Below are positions 37,801 through 50,264 of a DNA stretch of 64,000 nt, one piece after another (position 1 is the stretch's first letter; each line of letters begins with the position of its first letter). The position numbers were made by a program, and so were the translations under genes. A model generated the notes under the pieces. That model was not told where the DNA came from. It saw nothing but the letters and a program-made list of their open reading frames with translations, and searched no databases. This DNA is from Anolis carolinensis (lineage: Eukaryota): the NCBI RefSeq assembly GCF_035594765.1, contig NW_026943818.1:30563559-30627558 (forward strand), given 5' to 3'.

Positions 37801-40800
37801 CGCGTCCTGGACGGAACGCGCTGCGGCGGAACCACGTCCCGGGACCTCTGCATCAGCGGGCGCTGCTGGGTGAGCGGGTGCCACCACGTCCGTCCTTGTT
37901 TACATCATGTTGCTTTTCTATCACTACAACTATATTATATATTATTATTGTTGTTGGAATTCGTATATTATTCATATTATTATTATATTATTATCGTTCG
38001 TGGTGTTATGTTAATACAAATTATTATCATATTATTACAATATTATTTATATAACATTCATTATTATTTATATTATTTATGTTACATTATATTATTATAT
38101 TCAATATTATTTATTTTATTATATTATATTATTATTGGTGTTGTTATATTGTTATTATTATATTTTATAACATTGCCTATTTATATTATTTCATATTATA
38201 TTATTGGTGTTGTATTATTATTATTATTATATTCCTTATTGTTTATATTATTTTATATTATATTACTGTTGGCGTTCTTATATTATTATTCATATTATTA
38301 CTATATTATTATTGTTGGTGGTGGTGTTATGTTATTACAAATTATTATTATATTATTACAATATTATTTATATAACATTCATTACCATTTATATCATTAT
38401 TTATATTATTATATTATCATATTATTATTATTGGTGTTGTTATATTGTTATTATATTTTATAACATTACCTATTTATATGTTCATATTATATTATTGGTG
38501 TTATATTATTATATTCCTTATTGTTTATATTATTTTATCTTATATTACTGTTGGTGTTATTATTATTATGTATATTGTTATTTTATATTACATTATATTA
38601 TTACTATTATTATAATATTTAATATTATTCATATTATAATATATTGTTATTACTGGTGTTATATTATTATTATTATATTCCTTATTGTTTATATTATTTT
38701 ATATTATATTACTGTTGGTATTATTATTATTATTATGTATATTGTTATTTTATTTTTATTATATTATTACTATTATTATAATAATAATTAATATTATTTA
38801 TAATATTATATTATTACTGGTGTTATTATTATAAATTTATAGTATTCATTATGTTTATATTTTTATATTATTGTTGGTGCTGTTATATAAATTATTATTC
38901 TATATTAGTAGTATTATTTATATAACATTATTATTTACATTGTTCTATATTCTTATGCTAGCGAGCGGGCTGTGACGGGACGCTGGGCCCGGAGGCGGGG
39001 CGAGAGGACGCCTGCGGCGAGTGCAACGGCCGGAACGCCAGCTGCGAGCGGGTGGAGGGGGTCTTCCGGGAGGCCGTCCCGCCCGCCGGTGATTGACAGG
39101 CGCCCCCCGCCCGTCTGCCCCGCCCCCCAGGGTGAATGCTTTGGCTTTGGCTCCTCCGCTCCCCCCTCCTTCCCTCCCTCCCTCCCTCTTTCTCACGGAT
39201 TAATCCTCCCTTCACTCCCTCCGTCCTGAGACCTAATCTCATCTCACGGGAAAACTCCCCATCGGCTGAACGTCGATTCCCAAGAGAACTGGACGTTTCC
39301 CTTGTTCAGGAACTAACATTGGAATCCAAAACAAGACAGGGAGACACCATCAAATCCCTCCCGACTGATACGCCCCGTCCTGGTGCCATTTTCCCCTCGT
39401 TGGGTGGCAGACCCCCCCCCCCCGGACCCCCGAAATCTCGCTCCTTTCGCCCCCTTGGCGCCATGCTAACGCTAACGCTGCTGCTGAGAGCACCGCCCCC
39501 TCCCCCACACCTCAACATACACCCCTCCCCCTCCGGCGACCCTTGCCCTTTGACCTCCCTCGCCTTTTCTGACCCCTCCTTTTCTGACAGGCTTCTTTGG
39601 CTACAAGAACATGACCCGGATCCCGCCCGGCGCGAGGCACATCAAGGTCACCGACCGAAGCCGCAACTACCTGGGTAAGTGGAGACCCAAGGGCTCGCGG
39701 ATCGGGGCCAAAGAGTTGCCCTTTGACCCTCCCTCTGCCCCCCAACACAGCCCTGATGGACGCCCAGCAGCGCTTCCTGCTCAACGGGGACTGGACGGTT
39801 GACCGGCCGGGCCTTTACCCCGCAGTCGGGACCGAGGTGCGCTATTCCCGCACGGCCGACGTCCTGGAGACCCTGGAGGCCCCCGGCCCCACCCGGGAGG
39901 AGCTGACCGTCATGGTGAGAGAGACCTTTGCCCTTAAAGGGAGAGTGAGAGCTCCAGCTCCCTTCAGAAACGACATTCGGCAAATGGGGAGTTTTCCCGA
40001 GAAGCTAGATTAGGCCTGAGAACAGAGGGAGTGAGAAATAGACTAGTTAAACCAGGGGTCCTCAAACTTTTAAAGCAAAAAACCGGTCCACAATCCTTCA
40101 TTTGAAAAAAAATACGAAGAAATTCCTATGCACACTGCACATGTCGTATTTGTAGTGCAAAACAACAACAACAACAATGAAAGAACAATACAATATTTAA
40201 AAATGAAAACAATTTTAACCAACATACATTTATCAGGATTTCAATGGAAATTGTGGGCCTGCTTCTGGCCAATGAGATAGTCAAGTTAATTAGGGTTGTT
40301 GTTGTTGTTGTTGTTGTGTGCCTTCAAGTCATTTCAGACTTTGGGTGAGCCTAAGTCTAAAATTAATTATTCATTTACTTACTACATTTATTTACTACAT
40401 TTATATCCCACCCTTCTTACTCAGAACAGCTGTATGTACATACAATATATATCAGCATAACACAATATTAGCATTATACATTACTATATTGAACTATACC
40501 GCTATACTGTAATACTATATGTAATATATAACATATAATTAATATTATTATATGGTATTATTATTAGTATTATATTGTATAACATTATAATATTTTTATC
40601 AATATTATATGTATATACAATATATTATTAAAACTGATATAAAAATATTATATTATAAAACTGAGGGCGGGGCCAGGTAAATGTACTTTGAGGGCCGCAT
40701 TCGGCCCGCGGGCCATAGTTTGGGGACCCCTGAGTTAGACGTTCTCAGAGAATTTGTGATAAAACCTTGAAGCCCAGGTGCGTCCGGTATGATCTCATGG

Positions 40801-42630
40801 CTTCACCACTCCCAGAGTTCATGATTCAGGTCTTCCCAAGTTTCCTCCGCTCTCCCCACCCGCCAGGTCCTCTTCCAGGCGCCCAACCCGGGCGTCGAGT
40901 TCGAGTTCTGGGTCCCGAAGGAGGGCGGCCGCGGCCCTAGTCCGTTGCGGCGGCAGCAGCAGACCCGGGAGGCCCAGGCAGAGCGGCCCCCGGAGGCCCC
41001 CGCGGCCACAGCGCCCCCCCAGCGAGGTAGGCCCCCGACGCCATCCCCATTCCCTGTGTGTTTTCATCCGTTTCGGGTGGCGGCGCAACTCCGTTCCGTT
41101 CCTGTTTTGCAGAACGTTGTGGCGAGTGCCCGGCGGCGAAAGGGAAGTCCCGGCGCCTGCACCACTACTGCAGCAGCGACTTCGGTGAGTCATTGGCTCG
41201 ATCGAGCGCCATTAACTTTCCGCCGGAACAGTACCTATTCATCTACTCTTTTATATATTACCCTTTTATATATATAGATAGATAGATAGATTATTATTAT
41301 ATCATTCTATTATTATTCTATTGATATTGTAGGATATTATATTATTACTATTATATTATTATTATATTATTCATTATTCATGACTACATTGAAACTAGCA
41401 TAGAGAGTTTAGTGTTTCCGGGATGTGTAGTTTTGTTGTTTTGTCCTAGGCCAAAATGCCATTACCCTTTTATATATATAGATAGATATAGATTATTATT
41501 ATATCATTCTATTATTATTCTATTAATATTGTAGGATATTATATTATTACTATTATATTATTCAATATTCATGACTACATTGAAACTAGAATAGAGAGTT
41601 TAGTGTTTCTGGGATGTGTAGTTTTGTTGTTTTGTCCTAGGCCGAAATTTCATTACCCTTTTATATATATAGATATAATGGAGCAACACCAACAATCATA
41701 ATATAATATCATAATATAAATAATACTAAAATATCAATATAGAGTCTCACTTATCCAAGCTGAACGGGCCTGCAGAAGCTTGGATAAGTGAATATCTTGG
41801 ATAATAAGGATGAGAGGTTGTGCTGCCAAGTTTAGTGTTTCTGGGGTGTGTAGTTTTGTTGTTTTGTCCTAGACCGAAATGCCATTACACTTTTATATGT
41901 ATAGATATAGATTATTATTATATCATGCTATTATTATTCTATTAATATTGTAGGATATTATATTATTACTATTATATTATTCATTATTCATGACTACATT
42001 GAAACTAGAATAGAGAGAGTTTAGTGTTTCCGGGATGTGTAGTTTTGTTGTTTTGTCCCAGGCCGAAACGCCACTACCCTTTTATATATATAGATAGACG
42101 AAACGCCACTACCCTTTTATATATATAGATAGAATGCAGAGATAGTTTCTGTGTTTACAATCTCCTCGTTCCTGATCGCAAGGCCCGGAATGCATTCACG
42201 GGGAGGCGTCTCGCTCTATTTGGCGCCCGAACTGGGGCACACGGGAGCCCTCCATCGCCCGGCTTTGGATCTGTCATTCCATACCGATCGTGTCTTTATC
42301 ATATCGTATGTCATGTGTCCTTCCCGCCTAGTCTTCCGTGCGCAGATCCTGTCCCGGCGGTCGGTGGGGCGGGAGACACGCTACGACCTGCGTGTGGTGG
42401 AGACGTACCGCAACCGCTTCCCGCTCGAGCGCCGGGAGTTCGCCTGGGCGGCCGGGCCCTGCGCCTGCCCCCTGCTGGAGGAGGGGCGCCACTACCTGCT
42501 CATGGCCCGGCGCCACGTCAACTTCGAGGGGACGCTCAACCGCCTCCTGCTGCCCCGGGGGGGCTACGCCCGGCCGTGGACCCCCCGCGAGGACCGCCAG
42601 GCCCGGCAGCTGGCCGGGAGGTGCCCCTGA
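31838..42630 (+). CDS. ADAMTSL5: ADAMTS-like protein 5 (TSR, Cys-rich, spacer, netrin-like), 12 exons, ~480 aa
   Basis: Exons 31838-31878 (least certain), 32691-32757, 35213-35340, 36599-36659, 36749-36857, 37739-37869, 38962-39088, 39591-39674, 39751-39914, 40867-41026, 41113-41184, 42332-42630. Signal peptide, [68 protein letters not shown] at 42732. Confidence 0.92.
31939..32600. repeat. Repeat element with ~290-bp internal tandem duplication (possibly Helitron-derived)
   Basis: 'acaccctggtgatgtttgag' at 32081 and 32371, with a sub-period near 145 bp. Confidence 0.6.
33519..33559 (-). ncRNA. Minimal hammerhead ribozyme motif
   Basis: Intact CTGAGGA / helix II / GAAACGTC on the - strand. 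Confidence 0.75.
33578..33618 (+). ncRNA. Minimal hammerhead ribozyme motif (sense to ADAMTSL5 intron 2)
   Basis: cctCTGAGGAtGCCTGCcatagatGTGGGCGAAACGTCagg. Confidence 0.78.
33964..34270. mobile_element. Tc1/mariner-pogo-type MITE
   Basis: Same TIR family, TA flanks. Confidence 0.8.
34556..35135. mobile_element. Penelope element with inverted pLTRs
   Basis: A - strand copy at 34556 to ~34930 is followed by a + strand copy at ~34940-35135; hammerheads at 34639-34679 (-) and 35042-35082 (+). Confidence 0.8.
35042..35082 (+). ncRNA. Minimal hammerhead ribozyme motif (sense to ADAMTSL5 intron 2)
   Basis: Identical to the motif at 33578-33618. Confidence 0.78.
35401..36120. repeat. 88-bp minisatellite with two GC boxes per unit
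   Basis: Units start at 35401, 35489, 35577 and so on; about 8 copies, the first six near-identical. Confidence 0.9.
36935..37661 (+). mobile_element. Two head-to-tail non-autonomous Helitrons
   Basis: Hairpin-CTAG ends at 37430 and 37661. Confidence 0.7.
40053..40732. mobile_element. hAT-type MITE
   Basis: TIR CAGGGGTCC..AAACT; 8-bp TSD agttaaac/agttagac. Confidence 0.8.
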
Positions 42631-43179
42631 GGAGGCCCGGGAGGTGGACACTTGACCACTGGGCGCGTTGGCCGAACCAGGAGGAGACCCCAGTCCTGCA
42701 GGAGACCTGCTTATTGTCTATCTTGAGTGGTAATAAATGTATTATATTATTATTATTATTATAGCAGTATTTTCTCCTTGTTTCGTTCCGCCTGCATCTG
42801 TGGCTACTGGCATCTCCAGAGGACTTGAGAGTGGTCAAGCAAGTGGAGTATCTATCTATCTATCTATCTATCTGTGGAGGAAAAAATGACCTTCTTCCTG
42901 AGGCTCCCATTTATTTATTATTTACAATATTTATATTTATTTATACTTATTATTTATAGCATTTATATTCCGCGAGACAGGATAGGCAACAGAGGTATCA
43001 TGTCGGCAATTTTCCCAACTTCGGCGTCCTTGGAGGTTGTGCTCGGTTCCGGCCACAGGGGGGCGCTGTCGCTCCATCCGCTACGACGAGCCCTCGGTCA
43101 CAGACTTTCCTCCTTGTTCTTTGATCGCCGGCATTTGCGGTGTTTTCCTTTTAGGGTGCCGTCAAATACCTCCCTGCTT

Positions 43180-43790
43180 AATTTGGTGGACAGTGAGCTG
43201 GGCCGACGGTCGGGTGCTCACCCCGACCCATTTAAGTGGTACCTAATTTCTCAACTTGCCGCTCACGGCTGTTTTTGGACTGTTTGAGGTGAGCTGATGG
43301 TCAGGTGCTCACCCCGACTCACTTAAGTGGTACCTAATTTCTCTACTCGCCGCTCGGACTGTTTAGGTGGACAGTGAGCTGGGCTGACGATCGGGTGCTC
43401 ATCCCGAACCATTTAAGTGGTACCTAATTTCTCTACTCGCCACTCACGGCTGTTTTCAGACTGTTTGGGTGGACAGTGAGTTGAGTTGATGGTCAGGTGC
43501 TCGCCCCGACCCATTTATGTTGTGCCTAATTTCTCTACTCGCCACTCACAGCTGTTTTCGGACTGTGTAGCTGAGCTGACGATCGGGTGCTCACCCCAAC
43601 CCGCTTAAGTTGTGCCTAATTTCTCTACTCGCCGCTCGGACTGTTTAGGTGGACAGTGAGCTGGGCTGACAATCGGGTGCTCACTCCGACCCATTTACAT
43701 TGTGCCTAATTTTTCTACTCGCCACTCACAGCTGTTTTCAGACTGTGTAGCTGGGCTGACGGTTGGGTGCTCACCCCGACCCGAGCTTCG
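43180..43790. repeat. Tandem ~60-75-bp repeat in the putative Kelch 3'UTR
   Basis: 'gagctgggctgacgatcgggtgctcaccccgacccatttaagtggtacctaatttctctactcgcc' about 7 times. Confidence 0.8.
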
Positions 43791-43845
43791 AACTCGGTTG
43801 GTAGAGATGTATTGCATCCGCTCTTCCTCTTCGGACAGTCGGCGG

Positions 43846-46006
43846 TCAGTGCCAGGTCCCGAAGCAGCGCACCGTGGCCGCGGCCTGGATGGGGAGCGGG
43901 CAGGGGACTTGGGGGTCCAGCTCCCGGCAGCGGAGGGGGGGCTCCAGGTAGGGGTCCAGGAGCAGCAGGTTGGGCCGCTGGCTGTTGCCCTGCCGCTGCC
44001 CCAGGAGGTAGAGGCGCCCATTGGCGGCCACGCAGGCCTTGAAGAAGCCCCGGCCCAGGCGGGTCCCGCCCTGCCCGTCCTCTTCGCCCTCCCCGCCCTC
44101 GAGGGGGGTCCACTCGCCCGTGTCCGTCTCCAGCCGCAGGGCCCCCCCGCCCACCGTGAAGAGACCCCCGTTCAGGGCCGCCGCGCAGAGGTCGTACCTG
44201 GGCGAGAGAGGAGAAACGCCTCAATACCTGGCGGAGGTGGCCTGTTTAGTTTTGTTGTTTTGTCCTAGGCCGAAACGCCATTACCCTTTTATATATATAG
44301 ATAGATATAGATTATTATTATATCATTCTATTATTATTCTATTAATATTGTAGTATATTATATTATTACTATTATATTATTCATTATTCATGACTACATT
44401 GAAACTAGAATAGAGAGAGTTTAGTGTTTGTGGGGTGTTTAGTTTTGTTGTTTTGTCCTGGGCCGAGATCTCATTACCTTGGGGTCCTTATTCTGACACC
44501 CCGGTGCTGCCCTCCTGTTCCTCCCACCCCTCCCCCTTGGGGCCACCCCACCCCCCACCCAGGGGGCCATTCCACCCCTCCTCACCGGGGGAGCGGGGAG
44601 CGGGCGACCACGTCCCAGGCGTCGGCGAGCGTGTCCAGGCGCTGCACGGCGGGGCAGACGCTCCCGCTCTCGTCCAGGCCGCCCACCACGAAGAGCAGCC
44701 GGGACCCGACCCCGGCGGCGGCGGCCCTCTCGACGGGTCGGGCCATGGGGCTGGCGCTGCGCCAGGTGGCCTCCCCGGGGGCCAGGCTCTCCACGTCGGG
44801 CGTCAGGGGCCCCCCGTCCAGGGCGCCCCCCGCCACGAAGAGCCGGCCCCCCACCCCGGCCGCGCAGTGGCTATGCCGGGCCGTCCGCAGCGGGGGGCCC
44901 TCCTCCCAGCGGTCCTCCCAGCTGCTGTAGGACAGAACCCCATCTGTCGGGGACCACGTCCACTCCTCCCGCGTGAAGCCGCCCGTCACGTACAGCAGGT
45001 CGCCTGGAAGGATCACAGGAAATATTTGCCATCCGAACCGGGAGGTCTCGGCTTGTACCCCCCGCCTGTACTTGTACCCCCCGCCTCAGCTTGTACCCCC
45101 CAGTGTTGGGTTACCTACGGCGGCCACGGCGTACTGGGTGAGGTTCCTGCGCAGGAGCGGAGCACAGTTCCGCCAGGCGCCCGTCCTGGGCTGGAAGCGG
45201 AGGAGCTGCTGCTGCTCGTGGTCGTGCCTCCCGGCCAGGACCAGGACATCCTCGTGGCCCCGCTCGGCACAGGGGCCCCTCTTGCCCGGGGCCCAGCTCT
45301 GGGGCAGGTGGGCGTTCAGCTTCCGCAAAAGACGGGCCTCGAGGACGTTGTTGCCGGTGCCGTCGCGGATGAGCCGGTCCAGGCAGGGGAGGCTGAGGCA
45401 GGGTCCGCGCACCAGCGCCACGAGGTTGAGGAAGTGCTTCTCGCGGACGGCGGGCTCCGCGTTAACCCAGCGCAGCAGCGCCTCCAGGACCCGGTCCTCG
45501 CGCGACACGAACAACCAGTCGCTGCGCATCAGGGCGGACAGAGACTCCGGGGAGAGAGCGAGCATCTCGTCAAGTGCGGCCACCTCCTCAAAGTGGGTCA
45601 GGGCCACTCCGCGGGAGGCCGAGAACAACCATGGGCAGGAGAAGCGCTCGGCAAAGGCCATCAGGCCCAGGCAGTTGTCTACCCTCAGTTCTCGTTCCAG
45701 GAAGGCCTCGCAACACCGCTTGGGCCGCTCCAGCGCCAGGAAGTCGGCCGCCTCCAGTAGAGAAGCCACATTGGTTCGGGAAATGGCCAGTGGGATTCCA
45801 GTTTGGATACAGGAGAGCAGGACCCCGAAGGGCTCGGCTTCAACGCCATGGAGGCGGATGTGTTTCTGACAGCGTTCCCGGAAGGGACCCCCGAAGAACA
45901 GGGCCTGGAAGTAGCGGCTGTGTTGGGAGAGCGCCCCCCGGTTGGCCGGGAAGAGCCCACCGCCCACCTCCAGCACCACGTCCGTCGCCGGAGCAGCTTC
46001 CTCCAT
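43846..46006 (-). CDS. BTB-BACK-Kelch (KLHL-family) protein, 3 exons, 553 aa from the ATG at 46006
   Basis: Exons 46006-45115, 45003-44586, 44197-43846, GT-AG and in frame. BTB (DVVLEVGGGLFPANRGALSQHSRYFQALF...LLEAADFL), BACK (NCLG...HFEEV...EDRVLEALLRWV), six Kelch blades (LYVTGG, LFVAGG, FVVGG, FTVGG, each ending in W). A possible extra first exon 46247-46199 would add 17 aa. Confidence 0.88.
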
Positions 46007-46249
46007 TACTGTAAACAGACTCCCTCCCCTCCCTCCTTGGCAAGAGACCACCAACTGGGACGGAATTAGAACCCGGCAGGTGACTCTGGCTCTAAAAATA
46101 GAGCTTCCTCGCGCAGGGAAGAAGAAGATGGGAGCAGGAAGGAAGGATCTATCCATTTCTCTTGCGGGAAGAAGCACTTGCAACAGACGGAGACGCACCA
46201 GCAGGACAACAAGTGGTGGCGTTGAGCCAGGCAAGCAAGGGAGGCATAA

Positions 46250-46324
46250 TTCCAGTTAAAATGCTACATTGGTGCGGGAAATGGCCAGAGGGATTCCCGC
46301 TTGTATGCAGGAGAGCAGGACTCC
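46250..46324 (-). pseudogene. Duplicated fragment of the Kelch gene's BTB coding sequence
   Basis: 46263-46324 matches 45765-45826 at 54/62 nt; translates GVLLSCIQAGIPLAISRTNVAF*. Confidence 0.75.
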
Positions 46325-46355
46325 AGGGAAAGACCCATTCGCCCTGGTGAGTCTC

Positions 46356-46390
<35 letters not shown>

Positions 46391-46391
<1 letters not shown>

Positions 46392-47102
46392 TGGCACAAC
46401 AAAACATTGCATGGAAAGTTCCTTGACAAAATTGAAGGAAAAGCTAATACGGAGAGGACCTGGCTCTGGCTCACAAATGGGACCCTGAAGAAGGAGACAG
46501 AAGGCCTGATCCTTGCAGCCCAGGAGCAAGACATCAGGACAAAGGCAATTCAGGCCAAGATCGAAAAATCAGCTGATGACACCAAATGCAGACTCTGCAA
46601 GGAAACCGACGAAACCATGGATCATATCCTCAGCTGCTGTAAGAAAATTGCACAGACAGACTACAAACAGAGGCACAACTATGTGGCCCAAATGATTCAC
46701 TGGAACTTATGCCTCAAGTACCACCTCCCAGCAGCAAAGAACTGGTGGGATCACAAATCTGCAAAAGTATTGGAAAATGAGCACGCCAAGATACTGTGGG
46801 ACTTCCGAATCCAGACTGACAAAGTTCTCAAGATTGAACTTCAAAGACTCTGGCAGAAACCAGTGCACGTGGTCCTGGTGGTGATGGGCACACTGGGTGC
46901 CGTGCCAAAAGATCTCAGCCGGCATTTGGAAACAATAGACATCGACAAAATCACGATCTGCCAACTGCAAAAGGCCACCCTAATGGGATCTGTGCGCATC
47001 ATCCGAAAATACATCACACGGTCCTAAACACTTGGCAAGTGTTTGACTTGTGATTTTGTGATATGAAATCCAGCATGTCTATCTTGTTTGCTGTGTCATG
47101 CA

Positions 47103-47103
<1 letters not shown>
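46391..47103 (+). mobile_element. R4/Dong retrotransposon 3' fragment with internal deletion
   Basis: CRLC...DHILSCC zinc knuckle, RHN..IHW, ILWDFRIQTDK; flanked on both sides by (TAA)n. Confidence 0.85.
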
Positions 47104-47152
<49 letters not shown>

Positions 47153-47883
47153 GTAATAATAATAATACATAATAAGGGGACTCGGGGTGGCTTACAGCAA
47201 AATCAGATACAAAACAATGATAAAATAAAATATGAAACATCAAAGAACAATAATAAAAACCAATAATAATATATACACAGCAGCTGAAAAAACACAGTAT
47301 TAAAACATCACAATGAAGTTGCAATGAGGTCTCAAGGGTTTCGAGTGTGTCTGGACTGCAACGCTCGTCACCAACACAACACAACTGCATGTGGGCTGGG
47401 GATGGTCAGGTGTCTAGTCGGACTTCCGTGGGGCGTTTTAAGGACCTTTTTGGGTATTGAGAGACCCGATTGGGCACAAAGGGGTGTCCTGAGACACTTT
47501 GCATCCAAACAACAAGAAGCAACCCACTTCAGAAACAGGGCCGAGGTTCTTCTTCCGAACCCGCAAAGAGGATGTCTGCTCGGGTGAAGACTCTAATATC
47601 CCAAAGCCTTACAAACAGAGAAGCACGCAAGGCCGTTGAGGGAAGGTTTATTACTATTTTAGAACAGAGGGAAAAAACCAAGAAATTGTTCTCGATTCGA
47701 GCCCGACTCTAGGGCTCAACAGTAACAAATCATAACACAAACCCAACCAGAAAACAAAGAAGCACCAACAAGGGGAGTGTCTTTGTATTCTTTGTCCAAG
47801 AGGGAAAATTTCTCCCCAATTTGGGTGCTGTTTCCCGACCTCAAGACTTCCTCGGCTGCCCAGTGTCCTAGCCGGCCCGTATA

Positions 47884-49829
47884 CTAGCCGTCCTGCTGCT
47901 GGACGAAGGGGTTGGGGATGGCCTCCATGCCGTCCTGGGGGCAGATCAGGACCACCGAGGTCCCTCGGCAGACCACCAGCCCCAGCGGGCGCGTGTCCTC
48001 CGTCAGCTTGTACTGGTCGTCCGGGTCTGGGCGGGAGGGAGGGAGGGAGGGAGCGTTACCATGGGGACACGCACTTCCTGGCCCCCCAAACGGGTCCCCA
48101 CCCTCTTTTGGGACCCACAGACAGCGAGATGCAGAGCCGGCCACAAAGCGAGTGCAGAGAAGAGCAAACCACAGACCACCGACTACAATACCACATGCAT
48201 TATTATCTATATATATAAAAGGGTAATGGCGTTTCGGCCTAGGACAAAACAACAAAACTACAAATCCCAGAAACACTAAACTTGGCAGCACAACCCCTCA
48301 TGCCTCTAGATTCATACAACAAAAAGAAAAGAAAAATAAAGTCCTAATTAGAGGGAGAGGAATAATTGTTTTTTATCCAATTGCTGCCAGTTAGAAAGCT
48401 AAGCTCCGCCCACTTGGTCTCCTAGCAGCCCAGTCAGCCCAGGGGACAGGCAGAGTTAGGCCTCACTTAGGCCTCTTCCACACTGCCTATAAAATACAGA
48501 TTATGTGATTTGCACTGGACAGCAAAGATGCAGAGACAGCCACAAAGCGGAGTCCACGACATGCGAGTGCGGAGAAGAGCAAACCACAGACCACCGACTA
48601 CAATACCACATGCATTATTATATATTATACATTATACATTATGCCCTCCTGCCTGCTTGGCTCACCTCTCATGTACTCGATGGTCCCGTCCAGCACCAGG
48701 TTGAGGAGCGGGTCAAAGCCTTTCAGGACGCCACTGGCTGCGAGGACGGAAAGGAAGCAAGAAAGGGTTGGAAATATCATTATATATGCAGTCATATTTA
48801 TTATTAATACATGTATCACTATATTTATTATTATTGCTATATTATTTTCATATTTATTTATCATTCTATTAATTATATTGCTATATTATCATTATGCTAT
48901 TTATTAGTAAATAAGTAAGTAAGCAAGTAAAAGTTTATTTGTATACCGCCCTCTCTCCCGGAAGGGACTCAGGGCGGTTTCCAATATAAAATCAGCATAA
49001 AACATTGTACAATAAAACACTAAAAACACTATAAGAATTAAAAACAAAAACAAAACATAACAATTGACTAAAACAATCACATAAGCAGAAGGAATATAAT
49101 CACTATTATATTCCTATTTATTACTATATTATTGTATACTTATTCTATTTATAATTATATTTATTATAGTTATATTACTACATTTATCACTATATTATAA
49201 TAATATTTATCATTATTTTATTTATTATACTATTTATTGTTGCATTTATTATTATTGTATAAGGATATTACTATATATTATTATTATTATTATTCATAGC
49301 CATTATGTTATATTATTATTATTATTACTCTACTTATCATTGCCATTATATGATTATTATTATTAGTACTGTACTTATCATTGCCATTATGTTATATTAT
49401 TATTATTATTATTATTATTATTACTCTACTTATCATTGCCATTATATTATTATTATTATTACTCTACTTATCATTGCCATTATATGATTATTATTATTAG
49501 TACTGTACTTATCATTGCCATTATGTTATATTATTATTATTATTATTATTATTATTACTCTACTTATCATTGCCATTATGTTTTATTATTATTATTATTC
49601 TACTTATCATTGCCATTATATTATTATTATTATTACTCTACTTATCATTGCCATTATATTATTATTATTATTACTCTACTTATCATTGCCATTATATGAT
49701 TATTATTATTAGTACTGTACTTATCATTGCCATTATGTTATATTATTATTATTATTATTATTATTACTCTACTTATTGCCATTATGTTTTATTATTATTA
49801 TTATTCTACTTATCATTGCCATTATGTTA

Positions 49830-49868
<39 letters not shown>

Positions 49869-50228
49869 TCTACTTATCATTGCCATTATATTATTATTAT
49901 TATTACTCTACTTATCATTGCCATTATATGATTATTATTATTATTACTCTACTTATCATTGCCATTATGTTATATTATTATTATTATTATTATTACTCTA
50001 CTTATCATTGCCATTATATTATTATTATTATTACTCTACTTATCATTGCCATTATATGATTATTATTATTATTACTCTACTTATCATTGCCATTATGTTA
50101 TATTATTATTATTATTATTATTACTCTACTTATCATTGCCATTATATTATTATTATTATTACTCTACTTATCATTGCCATTATATGATTATTATTATTAT
50201 TACTCTACTTATCATTGCCATTATGTTA

Positions 50229-50264
<36 letters not shown>

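Noticed and set aside
37870-38791. Tyr/Ile/Leu-rich ORFs (also at 49.5-50.5 kb, 56.6-57.8 kb and 59.5-60.4 kb)
   Set aside because: Translations of (TAT)n low-complexity DNA.
43050-43068. CTCF-like GGCCACAGGGGGGCGCT between the convergent ADAMTSL5 and Kelch genes
   Set aside because: It mismatches core positions and cannot be supported without ChIP data.
44435-45869. + strand ORFs of 441 aa and 298 aa
   Set aside because: Antisense shadows of the Kelch exons.
46269-47027. 252-aa ORF as a host gene
   Set aside because: Truncated R4 retrotransposon; the poly-Asn comes from the TAA tract.
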